The position numbers and the translations under genes were made by a program. Shown here piece after piece: positions 20,036 through 28,470 of a stretch of DNA of 64,000 nt (positions are counted from its first letter, which is position 1; every line of letters starts with the position of its first letter). This DNA comes from Gammaproteobacteria bacterium (lineage in GTDB: Bacteria; Pseudomonadota; Gammaproteobacteria; Acidiferrobacterales; SZUA-150), in NCBI GenBank assembly GCA_036986275.1, contig BTRG01000003.1:3820-67819 (forward strand), in the 5' to 3' direction. The notes below the pieces were generated by a model. That model searched no databases. It was not told where the DNA came from and saw only the letters and a list, made by a program, of their open reading frames with translations.

Positions 20036-20169
20036 TTCTCCTCTCCTCGCCGGAACGCCGGCTTCAACAACAAAAATTAGCGAACAACAGCACTTCGAAA
20101 CCACCCAACCCTCTGGTGCATGTATTTAGTTATGTAATTATATGTCCGAAGTGCTTCAACTACGGCAAA

Positions 20170-20403
20170 CTAACCGGCCTTCTTAATAAGGAAGGTGAAC
20201 TCCCCGTTCTCTTCTCCCGATTCCATTAACTCATTTCCGGTCTGCTTGGCAAACGCCTGGAAATCCTTGACTGAACCGGGGTCGGTGGCAATGATCCTTA
20301 GGACCTGACCACCGCTGAGCTCATTCAGTGCTTTCTTGGCACGCAAAATAGGCAGCGGGCAGTTCAATCCACGAGCATCAAGTTCTTGATCAAAAGTAGA
20401 CAT
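20170..20403 (-). CDS. tusA: Sulfur carrier protein TusA
   Basis: 77 aa. DARGLNCPLPIL (CPxP) active-site motif. AAGGAGA RBS. Confidence 0.9.
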   Translation of the reverse strand: MSTFDQELDARGLNCPLPILRAKKALNELSGGQVLRIIATDPGSVKDFQAFAKQTGNELMESGEENGEFTFLIKKAG

Positions 20404-20848
20404 TATTTTCTCCTTAAAGACAGATACAACTAAACATATAGGTTCAATATTAACAAACCAATTTCATAGAAACCTTGTTCATAGGCCAGGCAGATACCCC
20501 ACTCTGGCCATGTAACGGCTAGCGCGCTATCTTAGCCAGCCTGCTCTGGATTACAAGATACGTCCAGTACTTTGCGGCACCGATTTGAATCCAGCAAGCC
20601 TGAGCAACAATTCAAACAATCCAGGGAACAAAGCACCTGTTGCCGAATCTTAATAAGGATATTGATGAGCATAAATTAGTATATTAGCAAATAATCAAGT
20701 AGCAAGATTGCGCCCATTGAGCGGATAAAGCAAATTCTCCAATACTTTATGGCCTAAACCCTTCCGACCTTGAATATTAAATTTTTTATAATCAATGCTT
20801 TATAATGTAGCCCTTTAAAACTGTCACCAGCATCTCTACAGTAATGTC

Positions 20849-22306
20849 ATGACCCTGACCCAGCGCTACAGCAACATAAAAAGAGGCTTGTTAAGCCTGC
20901 TACTCCTGGTATCACCCATTCTGGTAGCCGGCAACCCCCTGCCCGATCTCGGCGACCAATCCGGAGCCATTATCTCCCCCTATGAGGAACGCCAGCTGGG
21001 TGAGGGCGTGATGCGACAGGCACGTCAGAACTTGACCTTCATCAATGATCCTGAACTGCTGAGCTACCTGCAATCCCTGGGAGGGCGTATTGCAACTCGG
21101 AGTGAAGGGGCTCAAGAAACGTATCAATTTTTTCTTGTCGACGATAGTGCTATCAATGCCTTTGCTGTGCCTGGCGGTTTTATCACTGTACACACGGGCC
21201 TGATCAAGATGGCAGAGTCTGAAGCCGAGCTGGCGTCGGTGTTGGCGCACGAGATTGCCCACATCTCTCAACGCCACATCCCTCGTATTATGGCGGCGCA
21301 GCAAAACACCGGTGGCCAAACCATGCTGGCCTTGTTGGCCGCCATCATGCTGGCGCAAGCGGGTGAATACGAAGCCGGCGAAGCCGCGCTGGCGCTGACG
21401 GCGGCAAGCCTGACCCAAAAAAGCATTAACTTCACACGCAGCCATGAAGAAGAGGCCGATCGTGTCGGTACACAGCTATTGATAAAATCAGGCTACAGCG
21501 CCCATGCCATGCCACAATTCTTTAAGCGTCTGATGAACTGGGGCCGCATTTATGAAACCAATTTGCCTGAATTCCTACGCACTCATCCACTGACTAACCG
21601 CCGGATAACAGAGGCCGAAGACAGGGCGGCACCCTACCCGGACACACCGGCAAAACCCAGCTCTGACTTTCATCACTTCAAGGCAAAAATTCGCGCTATC
21701 ACCGAAGAACAACCCGGGCAGGCCGTGGCAGTATTCGCTGACAACCTGAAAAACAAGCGATATAAAATCGAAACAGCTGAGCGCTACGGCTACACCCTGG
21801 CATTGCTGCGGGCAAAGCGCTTCGACGCAGCGCGCAAACAAATCTCTCCATTGCGAACTCGTTACCCCGAGCGGGTTCAGTATGCCGTTGTGCAGGCAGA
21901 AATCGAGATGGCCGCCAGGAACTATGACAAGGCCCTTGCCTATTATGCGACTGCCCTGGAACGCCACCCCTCTCATCCCGGGTTATTACAAAGCTATGCC
22001 AATGCCCTGCTCAAAACAGGCAAACCGACAATGGCGTACAAAATCAGCAAACAGGCTATCCGGCAGCAACCAGACAATCCTGCGCTGTATAAAATTCTGG
22101 CGACAGCGGCCGGCGAAACAGGAAAAAAACTGGAGGCACATCAGGCCCTGGCCGAGCACTATTATCTCGGTGGTAATCGACAATCCGCCATCCAGCAGCT
22201 TGAGATAGCCAGCCGATATGCGGGTAAAAATGATTACTTGCAAGCCAGCCTTTCTGCCCGCATCAAGGAACTCCAGGAGGAGTCCAAACGACTGCAACAA
22301 CATTGA
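20849..22306 (+). CDS. bepA: Periplasmic M48 metalloprotease/chaperone with TPR domain (BepA/YfgC-like)
   Basis: 485 aa. Signal peptide, HEIAHISQRH (HExxH), and C-terminal TPR-like repeats. Confidence 0.85.
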   Translation: MTLTQRYSNIKRGLLSLLLLVSPILVAGNPLPDLGDQSGAIISPYEERQLGEGVMRQARQNLTFINDPELLSYLQSLGGRIATRSEGAQETYQFFLVDDSAINAFAVPGGFITVHTGLIKMAESEAELASVLAHEIAHISQRHIPRIMAAQQNTGGQTMLALLAAIMLAQAGEYEAGEAALALTAASLTQKSINFTRSHEEEADRVGTQLLIKSGYSAHAMPQFFKRLMNWGRIYETNLPEFLRTHPLTNRRITEAEDRAAPYPDTPAKPSSDFHHFKAKIRAITEEQPGQAVAVFADNLKNKRYKIETAERYGYTLALLRAKRFDAARKQISPLRTRYPERVQYAVVQAEIEMAARNYDKALAYYATALERHPSHPGLLQSYANALLKTGKPTMAYKISKQAIRQQPDNPALYKILATAAGETGKKLEAHQALAEHYYLGGNRQSAIQQLEIASRYAGKNDYLQASLSARIKELQEESKRLQQH

Positions 22307-22512
22307 GCTCCACCGAAATCAGGTCGTTGGCCTCCTCTCCCTGACTGCTTCATTGACTCTTGAGGGCTTGCTATCACAGGCCAGATAGGTATGCTATTGC
22401 GTCTGCGTCGCCATAAGCCTGTTACTGTCAAATCGTAGCGCGTCCAAAGTGACACAAATAACCACAAGCCGGACCACCGGTCTCGCACATAATCGAGAAC
22501 ATAGGAGGAGAA

Positions 22513-22926
22513 ATGCGGTACACCGCCAAAATCATAGCTGGAGCCAGTACGCTCGCCATCTTACTGGGTGGTTTCCTGGCCCCCGCCCAAAGCTTCGCTG
22601 TGGGTGAAATGCCGAGCAAAAAAGTCTGCAAATCAACCACCGATCGCGTTGTAAAGGGTGGCTGCATCATGACCGATCGAAAGAAAGGCAACTGCATGGG
22701 TTGTCACCAGTTCAAAGGACTGGAAAAGACCCGTTTGCAAGCCGGTAATATTGCCCCACCCCTGGTCGCCATGAAACAGCGTTTTCCGGATAAGGCCAAA
22801 CTGCGTCAGCAGGTTTGGGATGCCACCAGCATCAATCCCAAATCGTCCATGCCTCCCTTTGGCAAGCACAGCATCTTATCTGGAAAGGATATCGATCTTA
22901 TCGTCGACTTCCTCTACACCTTATAG
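22513..22926 (+). CDS. soxX: Sulfur-oxidation c-type cytochrome SoxX
   Basis: 137 aa. Signal peptide ..AQSFA, single haem site CMGCH. First gene of the sox block. GGAGGAG RBS. Confidence 0.85.
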   Translation: MRYTAKIIAGASTLAILLGGFLAPAQSFAVGEMPSKKVCKSTTDRVVKGGCIMTDRKKGNCMGCHQFKGLEKTRLQAGNIAPPLVAMKQRFPDKAKLRQQVWDATSINPKSSMPPFGKHSILSGKDIDLIVDFLYTL

Positions 22927-22972
22927 GTCGGCAACGCTGGTCTTTGATAATATTCGAATCAGGAGAAAACTC

Positions 22973-23446
22973 GTGAACACGATGAAACGTAGAACCTTTC
23001 TAAAGGGCACCTTAGCCAGCGGCGTTGTCGCTGTAGCAGCAGGCAGTGGTCTGCTACGCCCGACCGAAGCGCTGGCCGCTGCATGGCCCAAGAGCGCATT
23101 CAAGTCCAAGACTGTTGCGCAGGCTATGAAGTCTCTATATGGCAGCAGCTCTGCATCCAGCAGCAAGGCCATTAAGATCAAGGCCCCAATACAGGCAGAA
23201 AATGGATCGGTTGTCCCCATCTCTGTCTCCACGACCCTGCCCAAGGTTCAAGGAATTGGAGTGTTGGTAGAAAAGAATCCTGTCCCTCTGGCAACGGCCG
23301 TTACCATGACTGGTGCTGCCGGCTTTTACAGCGCCCGCATCAAAATGGGTAAAACCTCTCCGATCCGCGTTGTAGTGAAATCGGGCGGCAAGCTGCACAT
23401 GGCCAAGAAAACCATCAAGGTCACGGTGGGTGGTTGCGGCGGCTAA
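22973..23446 (+). CDS. soxY: Thiosulfate-carrier protein SoxY
   Basis: Tat signal (KRRTFLKG) and invariant C-terminal GGCGG-stop swinging-arm motif. GTG at 22973 lies 6 nt after AGGAGA (ATG at 22982 is the alternative). The track start 22820 overlaps soxX and is rejected. Confidence 0.9.
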   Translation: MNTMKRRTFLKGTLASGVVAVAAGSGLLRPTEALAAAWPKSAFKSKTVAQAMKSLYGSSSASSSKAIKIKAPIQAENGSVVPISVSTTLPKVQGIGVLVEKNPVPLATAVTMTGAAGFYSARIKMGKTSPIRVVVKSGGKLHMAKKTIKVTVGGCGG

Positions 23447-23494
23447 TGCCGCGAGTCCATCCCTATTGATATAGATTCTAGAGAGGAAAGAAAC

Positions 23495-23803
23495 ATGGCT
23501 AGATTAACCAAAATCAAAACTCGTCCTAAGGGCGACAAGACCGAGATCCTGGTCTTGGTAAATCATCCTATGGAAACCGGTAATCGCAAGAACAAAAAGA
23601 CCAAGAAAAAAATTCCTGCACATTACATCCAAAAGATGACTTTCAAGGTAGATGGTAAGCAAGTCGCTGATGCCGATCTTGGACCGGCTGTCTCCAAGAA
23701 CCCCTTGGTAGGTATACGTGTCAATGCCAAGAAGGGCGCCAAAGTGGCTGTTTCTTGGTCTGACAACAAGGGTGAGAAGGGTGGCGCCAACGCTACTGTT
23801 TAG
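23495..23803 (+). CDS. soxZ: SoxZ
   Basis: 102 aa. Lies directly after soxY. Typical size and a K-rich beta-sandwich sequence. GAGAGGAAAG RBS. Confidence 0.85.
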   Translation: MARLTKIKTRPKGDKTEILVLVNHPMETGNRKNKKTKKKIPAHYIQKMTFKVDGKQVADADLGPAVSKNPLVGIRVNAKKGAKVAVSWSDNKGEKGGANATV

Positions 23804-23905
23804 AGATAATTATTCGAAAAATCGATTGTTGTAGCGATAATAGCAAGTGGCATAAGCCGGGAATAAATATAACCCAGCGAACCACAATCACAGGAGGAGC
23901 AGAAA

Positions 23906-24733
23906 ATGAGAAAACTGATCGTTTTGTTAACGGCGATCGCTGTAATGAGTGGCTTATCAGTAGCTGCTCATGCCACGCCAGAAAAGGACCTGAAAGATTT
24001 CAGGGCCTTTTACAAGAAGAAATTTCCCAAGGTGAAGTTTGATGCCTATGCCGACGGCCTCTATGTCTTACCGGGCGCGGAAGACCGTCGCGCAGAGTGG
24101 GAAGCTATCATGGAATTTCCTCCTTATGAAATTGCCCTCGACAAAGGCAAAAAATTCTGGAAGAAAAACAAACTGGCCAGTTGTTTCAAGAATAGCGGTA
24201 AAGGCATTGCCCAAAATTACCCTTACTGGGACAAGAAAAAAGGCGAAGTCCGCACCCTCGAGCTGGACATCAACGACTGCCTGAAGAAAAAGGGCAAAAA
24301 ACCGATCAAGAACCTGAAGAAAGGCAAAATGGCCCAGGTTGCCGCTTACATGAAGTCATTGTCTAATGGCAAGCGTATCAAGATCGACCTGTCTGACCCG
24401 GGTGCACGCAAGGCCTATGAAAAAGGTAAGAAGTTTTTCTGGGCACGTCGCGGTCAGTTGAACTTCTCCTGCTCACAGTGCCATATCGACAACGCTGGCA
24501 AGTTTGTGGGGGGTAACCTCCTTAGCGCCGCTTTGGGTCATGGTGTGGGCTTCCCGGCCTACCGTTCCAAATGGGGCGGTCTGGGCACCATCCATCGTCG
24601 TTATCAGGGTTGCAACAAGCAGGTACGTGCCAATCCCCTGAAACCCCAGAGCAAGGCCTACCGCGCGCTGGAACTGTATGAGGCTTATATGAATACAGGT
24701 CTGCCGGTCAAGGCGCCTAGCCAACGATTCTAA
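23906..24733 (+). CDS. soxA: Sulfur-oxidation cytochrome SoxA (monohaem type)
   Basis: 275 aa. Signal peptide, a single CSQCH haem motif, and conserved active-site Cys in RRYQGCNKQV. Confidence 0.9.
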   Translation: MRKLIVLLTAIAVMSGLSVAAHATPEKDLKDFRAFYKKKFPKVKFDAYADGLYVLPGAEDRRAEWEAIMEFPPYEIALDKGKKFWKKNKLASCFKNSGKGIAQNYPYWDKKKGEVRTLELDINDCLKKKGKKPIKNLKKGKMAQVAAYMKSLSNGKRIKIDLSDPGARKAYEKGKKFFWARRGQLNFSCSQCHIDNAGKFVGGNLLSAALGHGVGFPAYRSKWGGLGTIHRRYQGCNKQVRANPLKPQSKAYRALELYEAYMNTGLPVKAPSQRF

Positions 24734-24764
24734 AAACAGCACAATTATCATTCACAACTCTATG

Positions 24765-24794
24765 GCCCGGTCTTGATTGACCGGGCTTTTTTTT
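24765..24794 (+). terminator. Rho-independent terminator after soxA
   Basis: GCCCGGTC-TTGATT-GACCGGGC followed by T8. Confidence 0.8.
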
Positions 24795-24979
24795 AAACTC
24801 AATCTTCGGTCGGGTAATAAAACGCGGCTAGTCAAATCCACTGCGGGGGCATAAAATGAAGTCCTGCTGGCAAATAATCGAACTTTTTTCAGCAAACGAA
24901 AACACCAACGCGGGAATGAATTATTCCTTTGGTGCGTCTAGCACCAGAACGTAAAACTAAAACTTGGGGAGACGTAGAC

Positions 24980-26728
24980 ATGAGTCTATCAAGACGTGAA
25001 TTCTTACAACTGCTGGCCGTGGCCAGTGCTGCCGGCATCAACCTCTCTGGCTGCGATAAAAAACAGGCAGCCACGCCCAGCAAGGGTCCGGCCAATCTCT
25101 ATGAAGTACCCGCCTTTGGCAATGTCTCTTTCATACACTTTACCGACTGCCATGCGCAGCTTTTGCCTATCTACTTTCGCGAGCCCAATATCAACATCGG
25201 TATCGCCGGAGCAAAGGGCAAGCCGCCTCACGTCGTCGGGGAGGCCTTCCTGAAGGAATTTGGTATCACCCCCGATTCAATTGAAGCCCATGCCTTGACC
25301 TATTTAAACTTCGAACAGGCCTCACGTAAATACGGCAAGGTCGGTGGCTTCGCGCATTTGGCCACCCTGGTTAAGAACATCCGGGCCCAACGGCCCGGCG
25401 GCAGCTTGCTGCTGGACGGTGGCGACACCTGGCAGGGCTCAGGCACTGCACTATGGACCAAGGGTCAGGACATGGTCGACGCCTGCAAACAATTGGGTGT
25501 CGACATCATGACCGGTCACTGGGAATTCACCCAGGGCGCCGATCGTGTTAAGGAAATCATTGCCAAGGACCTCAAGGGTCATATCGACTTTGTTGCCCAA
25601 AACGTTGTCGACAATACCTTTGAAGACCCTATCTTCGAGCCCTACACTATCAAGGAAATGAACGGCGTTTCTGTCGCCGTCATTGGCCAGGCTTTTCCGT
25701 ACACACCGATTGCCAACCCCCGTTATCTCATCCCCGAATGGAGTTTCGGTATCCGTGACGACCGCATGCAGGAAATGGTGAATGAAGCGCGCGGCAAGGG
25801 CGCCTCGGTAGTGGTAGTGCTGTCACATAACGGCATGGACGTTGACCTCAAAATGGCCAGCCGCGTCACCGGCATTGATGCCATCATGGGTGGACACACC
25901 CACGATGCCATACCCGGCCCCAGCATTATAAATAATGCCGGCGGCAAGACCCTGGTCATCAACTCCGGCTCCAATGGTAAATTCCTGTCTGTGCTCGACT
26001 TTGACGTCAAGGACGGCAAGGTTGCTGACTACCGCTTCAAGCTGTTGCCGGTCTTCTCCAATCTGCTGGAGCCCGACGCCGAGATGTCTGCCTATATTGA
26101 GAAGGTTCGCGCACCCTATAAGAGCAAACTGGAAGAGCAACTGGCCATTACCGACAGTCTGCTCTACCGCCGCGGCAACTTTAATGGTACCTATGATCAA
26201 CTCATCGTCGATGCCATGCTGGAAGTCCAGGACGCCGATATCGCGTTCTCTCCCGGTTTTCGCTGGGGCACCAGTCTGTTACCGGGCGACCCGATCACGA
26301 TGGAGAGACTGCTGGATCAAACCGCCATCACCTACGGGACTTCTACACTGAACGAAATGAAGGGCGAGCAATTGAAAGTGATACTGGAAGATATCGCCGA
26401 CAACCTGTTCCACGAGGATCCCTATTACCAGATGGGTGGCGACATGGTACGTATCGGCGGTTTGAAGTATTCCATCGCACCTACCAACAAGATTGGTAAC
26501 CGTATTTTAGATATGGAGCTTAATGGCAAACCCATAGACGCCAACAAGAAATACAAGGTCGCCGGCTGGGCCAGTGTTCAGGAACAACCTGAAGGAAAAC
26601 CCCAGATCTGGGACGTGGTGGCGGAATACTTGCGCGACAAAAAGACTGTCAGCATCAAGGAACTCAACGAACCCAAGGTCAAGGGATTGGTGCAAAACCC
26701 GGGCTATATTCCCACGTCTTCCCTGTAA
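24980..26728 (+). CDS. soxB: Thiosulfohydrolase SoxB
   Basis: Tat signal SRREFLQLLAVASAAG. Dinuclear metallophosphoesterase / 5'-nucleotidase motifs (HFTDCH, GGDTWQG, GHWEF, SHNG, GGHTHD). ATG at 24980 with GGGGAG RBS; the track start is 24929. Confidence 0.95.
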   Translation: MSLSRREFLQLLAVASAAGINLSGCDKKQAATPSKGPANLYEVPAFGNVSFIHFTDCHAQLLPIYFREPNINIGIAGAKGKPPHVVGEAFLKEFGITPDSIEAHALTYLNFEQASRKYGKVGGFAHLATLVKNIRAQRPGGSLLLDGGDTWQGSGTALWTKGQDMVDACKQLGVDIMTGHWEFTQGADRVKEIIAKDLKGHIDFVAQNVVDNTFEDPIFEPYTIKEMNGVSVAVIGQAFPYTPIANPRYLIPEWSFGIRDDRMQEMVNEARGKGASVVVVLSHNGMDVDLKMASRVTGIDAIMGGHTHDAIPGPSIINNAGGKTLVINSGSNGKFLSVLDFDVKDGKVADYRFKLLPVFSNLLEPDAEMSAYIEKVRAPYKSKLEEQLAITDSLLYRRGNFNGTYDQLIVDAMLEVQDADIAFSPGFRWGTSLLPGDPITMERLLDQTAITYGTSTLNEMKGEQLKVILEDIADNLFHEDPYYQMGGDMVRIGGLKYSIAPTNKIGNRILDMELNGKPIDANKKYKVAGWASVQEQPEGKPQIWDVVAEYLRDKKTVSIKELNEPKVKGLVQNPGYIPTSSL

Positions 26729-26784
26729 GCCGTATCTGGACCAATGCACACGGAAGTGGCGCAAGGATGCGCGGCAACGGCCAG

Positions 26785-26822
26785 AAAAACCCGGTCTCCT
26801 TTAACAGGGAACCGGGTTTTTT
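26785..26822. terminator. Bidirectional rho-independent terminator between soxB and the convergent small gene
   Basis: AAAAACCCGGT..(15-nt loop)..ACCGGGTTTTTT. The 11-nt arms are flanked by an A-run and a T-run. Confidence 0.8.
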
Positions 26823-26831
26823 ATTTTCTGC

Positions 26832-27230
26832 TTAGCGCACTCGATAGCGTTTGCCCTCGGATTTCTTTAAGTCTATCTTGACGCGCTGACGCGACCAGCC
26901 ATGCACCTTATCGTGGGCCTCGATGTAGATACTGGAAACAGATTTCGGGATCGTGATCTGGCCCAGGCGGCGTGTAAAGGGTTGTTCATCGACATGCGGA
27001 TGAAACAGGGTGCGGGTTGCCAATACCTCTCCACCCGGTGTGACCACGCGCCAGGCATCGGCATAATGATCCCAGCCTGTATCCCCATGCTTAAGAGTGG
27101 TAGTTGCCCGCCAGTGACTGCCTTGTTTCACCAGCTCCACGTTTACGATTTCCACCTCAGCGGCCATCCCGGTCTGACTTGCGAGTAACAACAACCACGA
27201 TATGGCCATCCCGGCAAATTTACTGTTCAC
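26832..27230 (-). CDS. Small exported His-rich protein of unknown function
   Basis: Signal peptide (V)NSKFAGMAISWLLLLASQTGMA-AEVE. The mature part of about 110 aa has 7 His and no Cys. GTG at 27230 lies just after GGAGGG; the track ORF extends to 27317. Confidence 0.55.
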   Translation of the reverse strand: MNSKFAGMAISWLLLLASQTGMAAEVEIVNVELVKQGSHWRATTTLKHGDTGWDHYADAWRVVTPGGEVLATRTLFHPHVDEQPFTRRLGQITIPKSVSSIYIEAHDKVHGWSRQRVKIDLKKSEGKRYRVR

Positions 27231-27473
27231 ATACCCTCCACTGAACCCCTTAGCCAATCTCGTCCTATGGTGACAGATCGACCTTATCATTTTCCGCCTA
27301 TTCTGGCGTCCACCCATAATCCCAGGTTAACTCATTGATTTTCAATAGCTTCTTTCGGTAATGGTCTGACTGGGAATTTGCAAAAAGCAGCATTTACCAC
27401 ATTCCCGGCGACGTAGGCTTAAGGTAGAATCCCTCATTCGTCTTTTCGAGGTTAGTAGCAAGGGGAATTCATA

Positions 27474-28343
27474 ATGTCTGCGAAACATCCTATCGTCGCC
27501 ATCACTGGCTCTTCGGGCGCAGGGACGACGACGGTAAAACGTGCCTTCGAACATATTTTCTGGCGCGAGAAAATCAACCCGGTCGTCATTGAGGGTGACA
27601 GCTTCCACCGTTACGACAGAGTGGCCATGAAGGAAGCAATGGCCGAGGCCGAAGGCAATCGGTCATTCAGTCATTTTGGCGAAGACGCCAATCTCTTCGA
27701 TAAACTCGAAGAGCTGTTTAAACAATATGGTGAAACCGGTACCGGCCAGCGCCGCTTCTATCTGCATAGCAGTGAAGAAGCCGAGCCCTATCAACAAGAA
27801 CCTGGCACCTTCACTCCCTGGGAAGATATACCTGATGGCACCGATCTTTTGTTCTACGAAGGCCTGCATGGTGGTGTCGTAACTGAAAAATCCAACGTCG
27901 CCCAGTGGGTCGATCTTCTGGTGGGCGTGGTTCCCATAGTGAATCTGGAATGGATTCAAAAAATTCATCGGGACACCGCCGAGCGTGGATATTCTCCGGA
28001 AGCGGTCACCGATACCATACTGCGCCGCATGCCAGACTACGTGAATGCCATCACACCGCAGTTCTCGCGTACGGACGTGAACTTCCAGCGTGTACCCACA
28101 GTGGATACTTCCAATCCATTCATCTCACGCGACATCCCGACACCTGATGAAAGTTTTGTGGTCATCCGCTTCCGTGATCCCAGCAAAAAGGATTTTCCTT
28201 ACCTGCTGCAAATGCTGGATGGGGCCTTCATGTCCCGACCCAACACTCTGGTTGTGCCAGGCGGAAAAATGGGCTTCGCGATGGAGGTGATTCTCAAGCC
28301 AATCATCCATGAGTTGATGGAAAAGAAACAAAAAGCTCAATAA
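27474..28343 (+). CDS. prk: Phosphoribulokinase
   Basis: 289 aa. MSAKHPIVAITGSSGAGTTTV P-loop N-terminus and proteobacterial PRK length and sequence. Confidence 0.95.
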   Translation: MSAKHPIVAITGSSGAGTTTVKRAFEHIFWREKINPVVIEGDSFHRYDRVAMKEAMAEAEGNRSFSHFGEDANLFDKLEELFKQYGETGTGQRRFYLHSSEEAEPYQQEPGTFTPWEDIPDGTDLLFYEGLHGGVVTEKSNVAQWVDLLVGVVPIVNLEWIQKIHRDTAERGYSPEAVTDTILRRMPDYVNAITPQFSRTDVNFQRVPTVDTSNPFISRDIPTPDESFVVIRFRDPSKKDFPYLLQMLDGAFMSRPNTLVVPGGKMGFAMEVILKPIIHELMEKKQKAQ

Positions 28344-28368
28344 ATTAGTAAACTGTAATACGCATAAC

Positions 28369-28394
28369 GGGCAGGCCTGGTTCCTGCTTTTTTT
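28369..28394 (+). terminator. Weak rho-independent terminator after prk
   Basis: GCAGG-CCTGGTT-CCTGC followed by T7. The stem is short. Confidence 0.45.
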
Positions 28395-28470
28395 GCGAGC
28401 TTCACTCGCTCGGCTACTATAATTTTACGCTATGATCTGATTATAAGTATTCGCACCACACCAGCTATTA

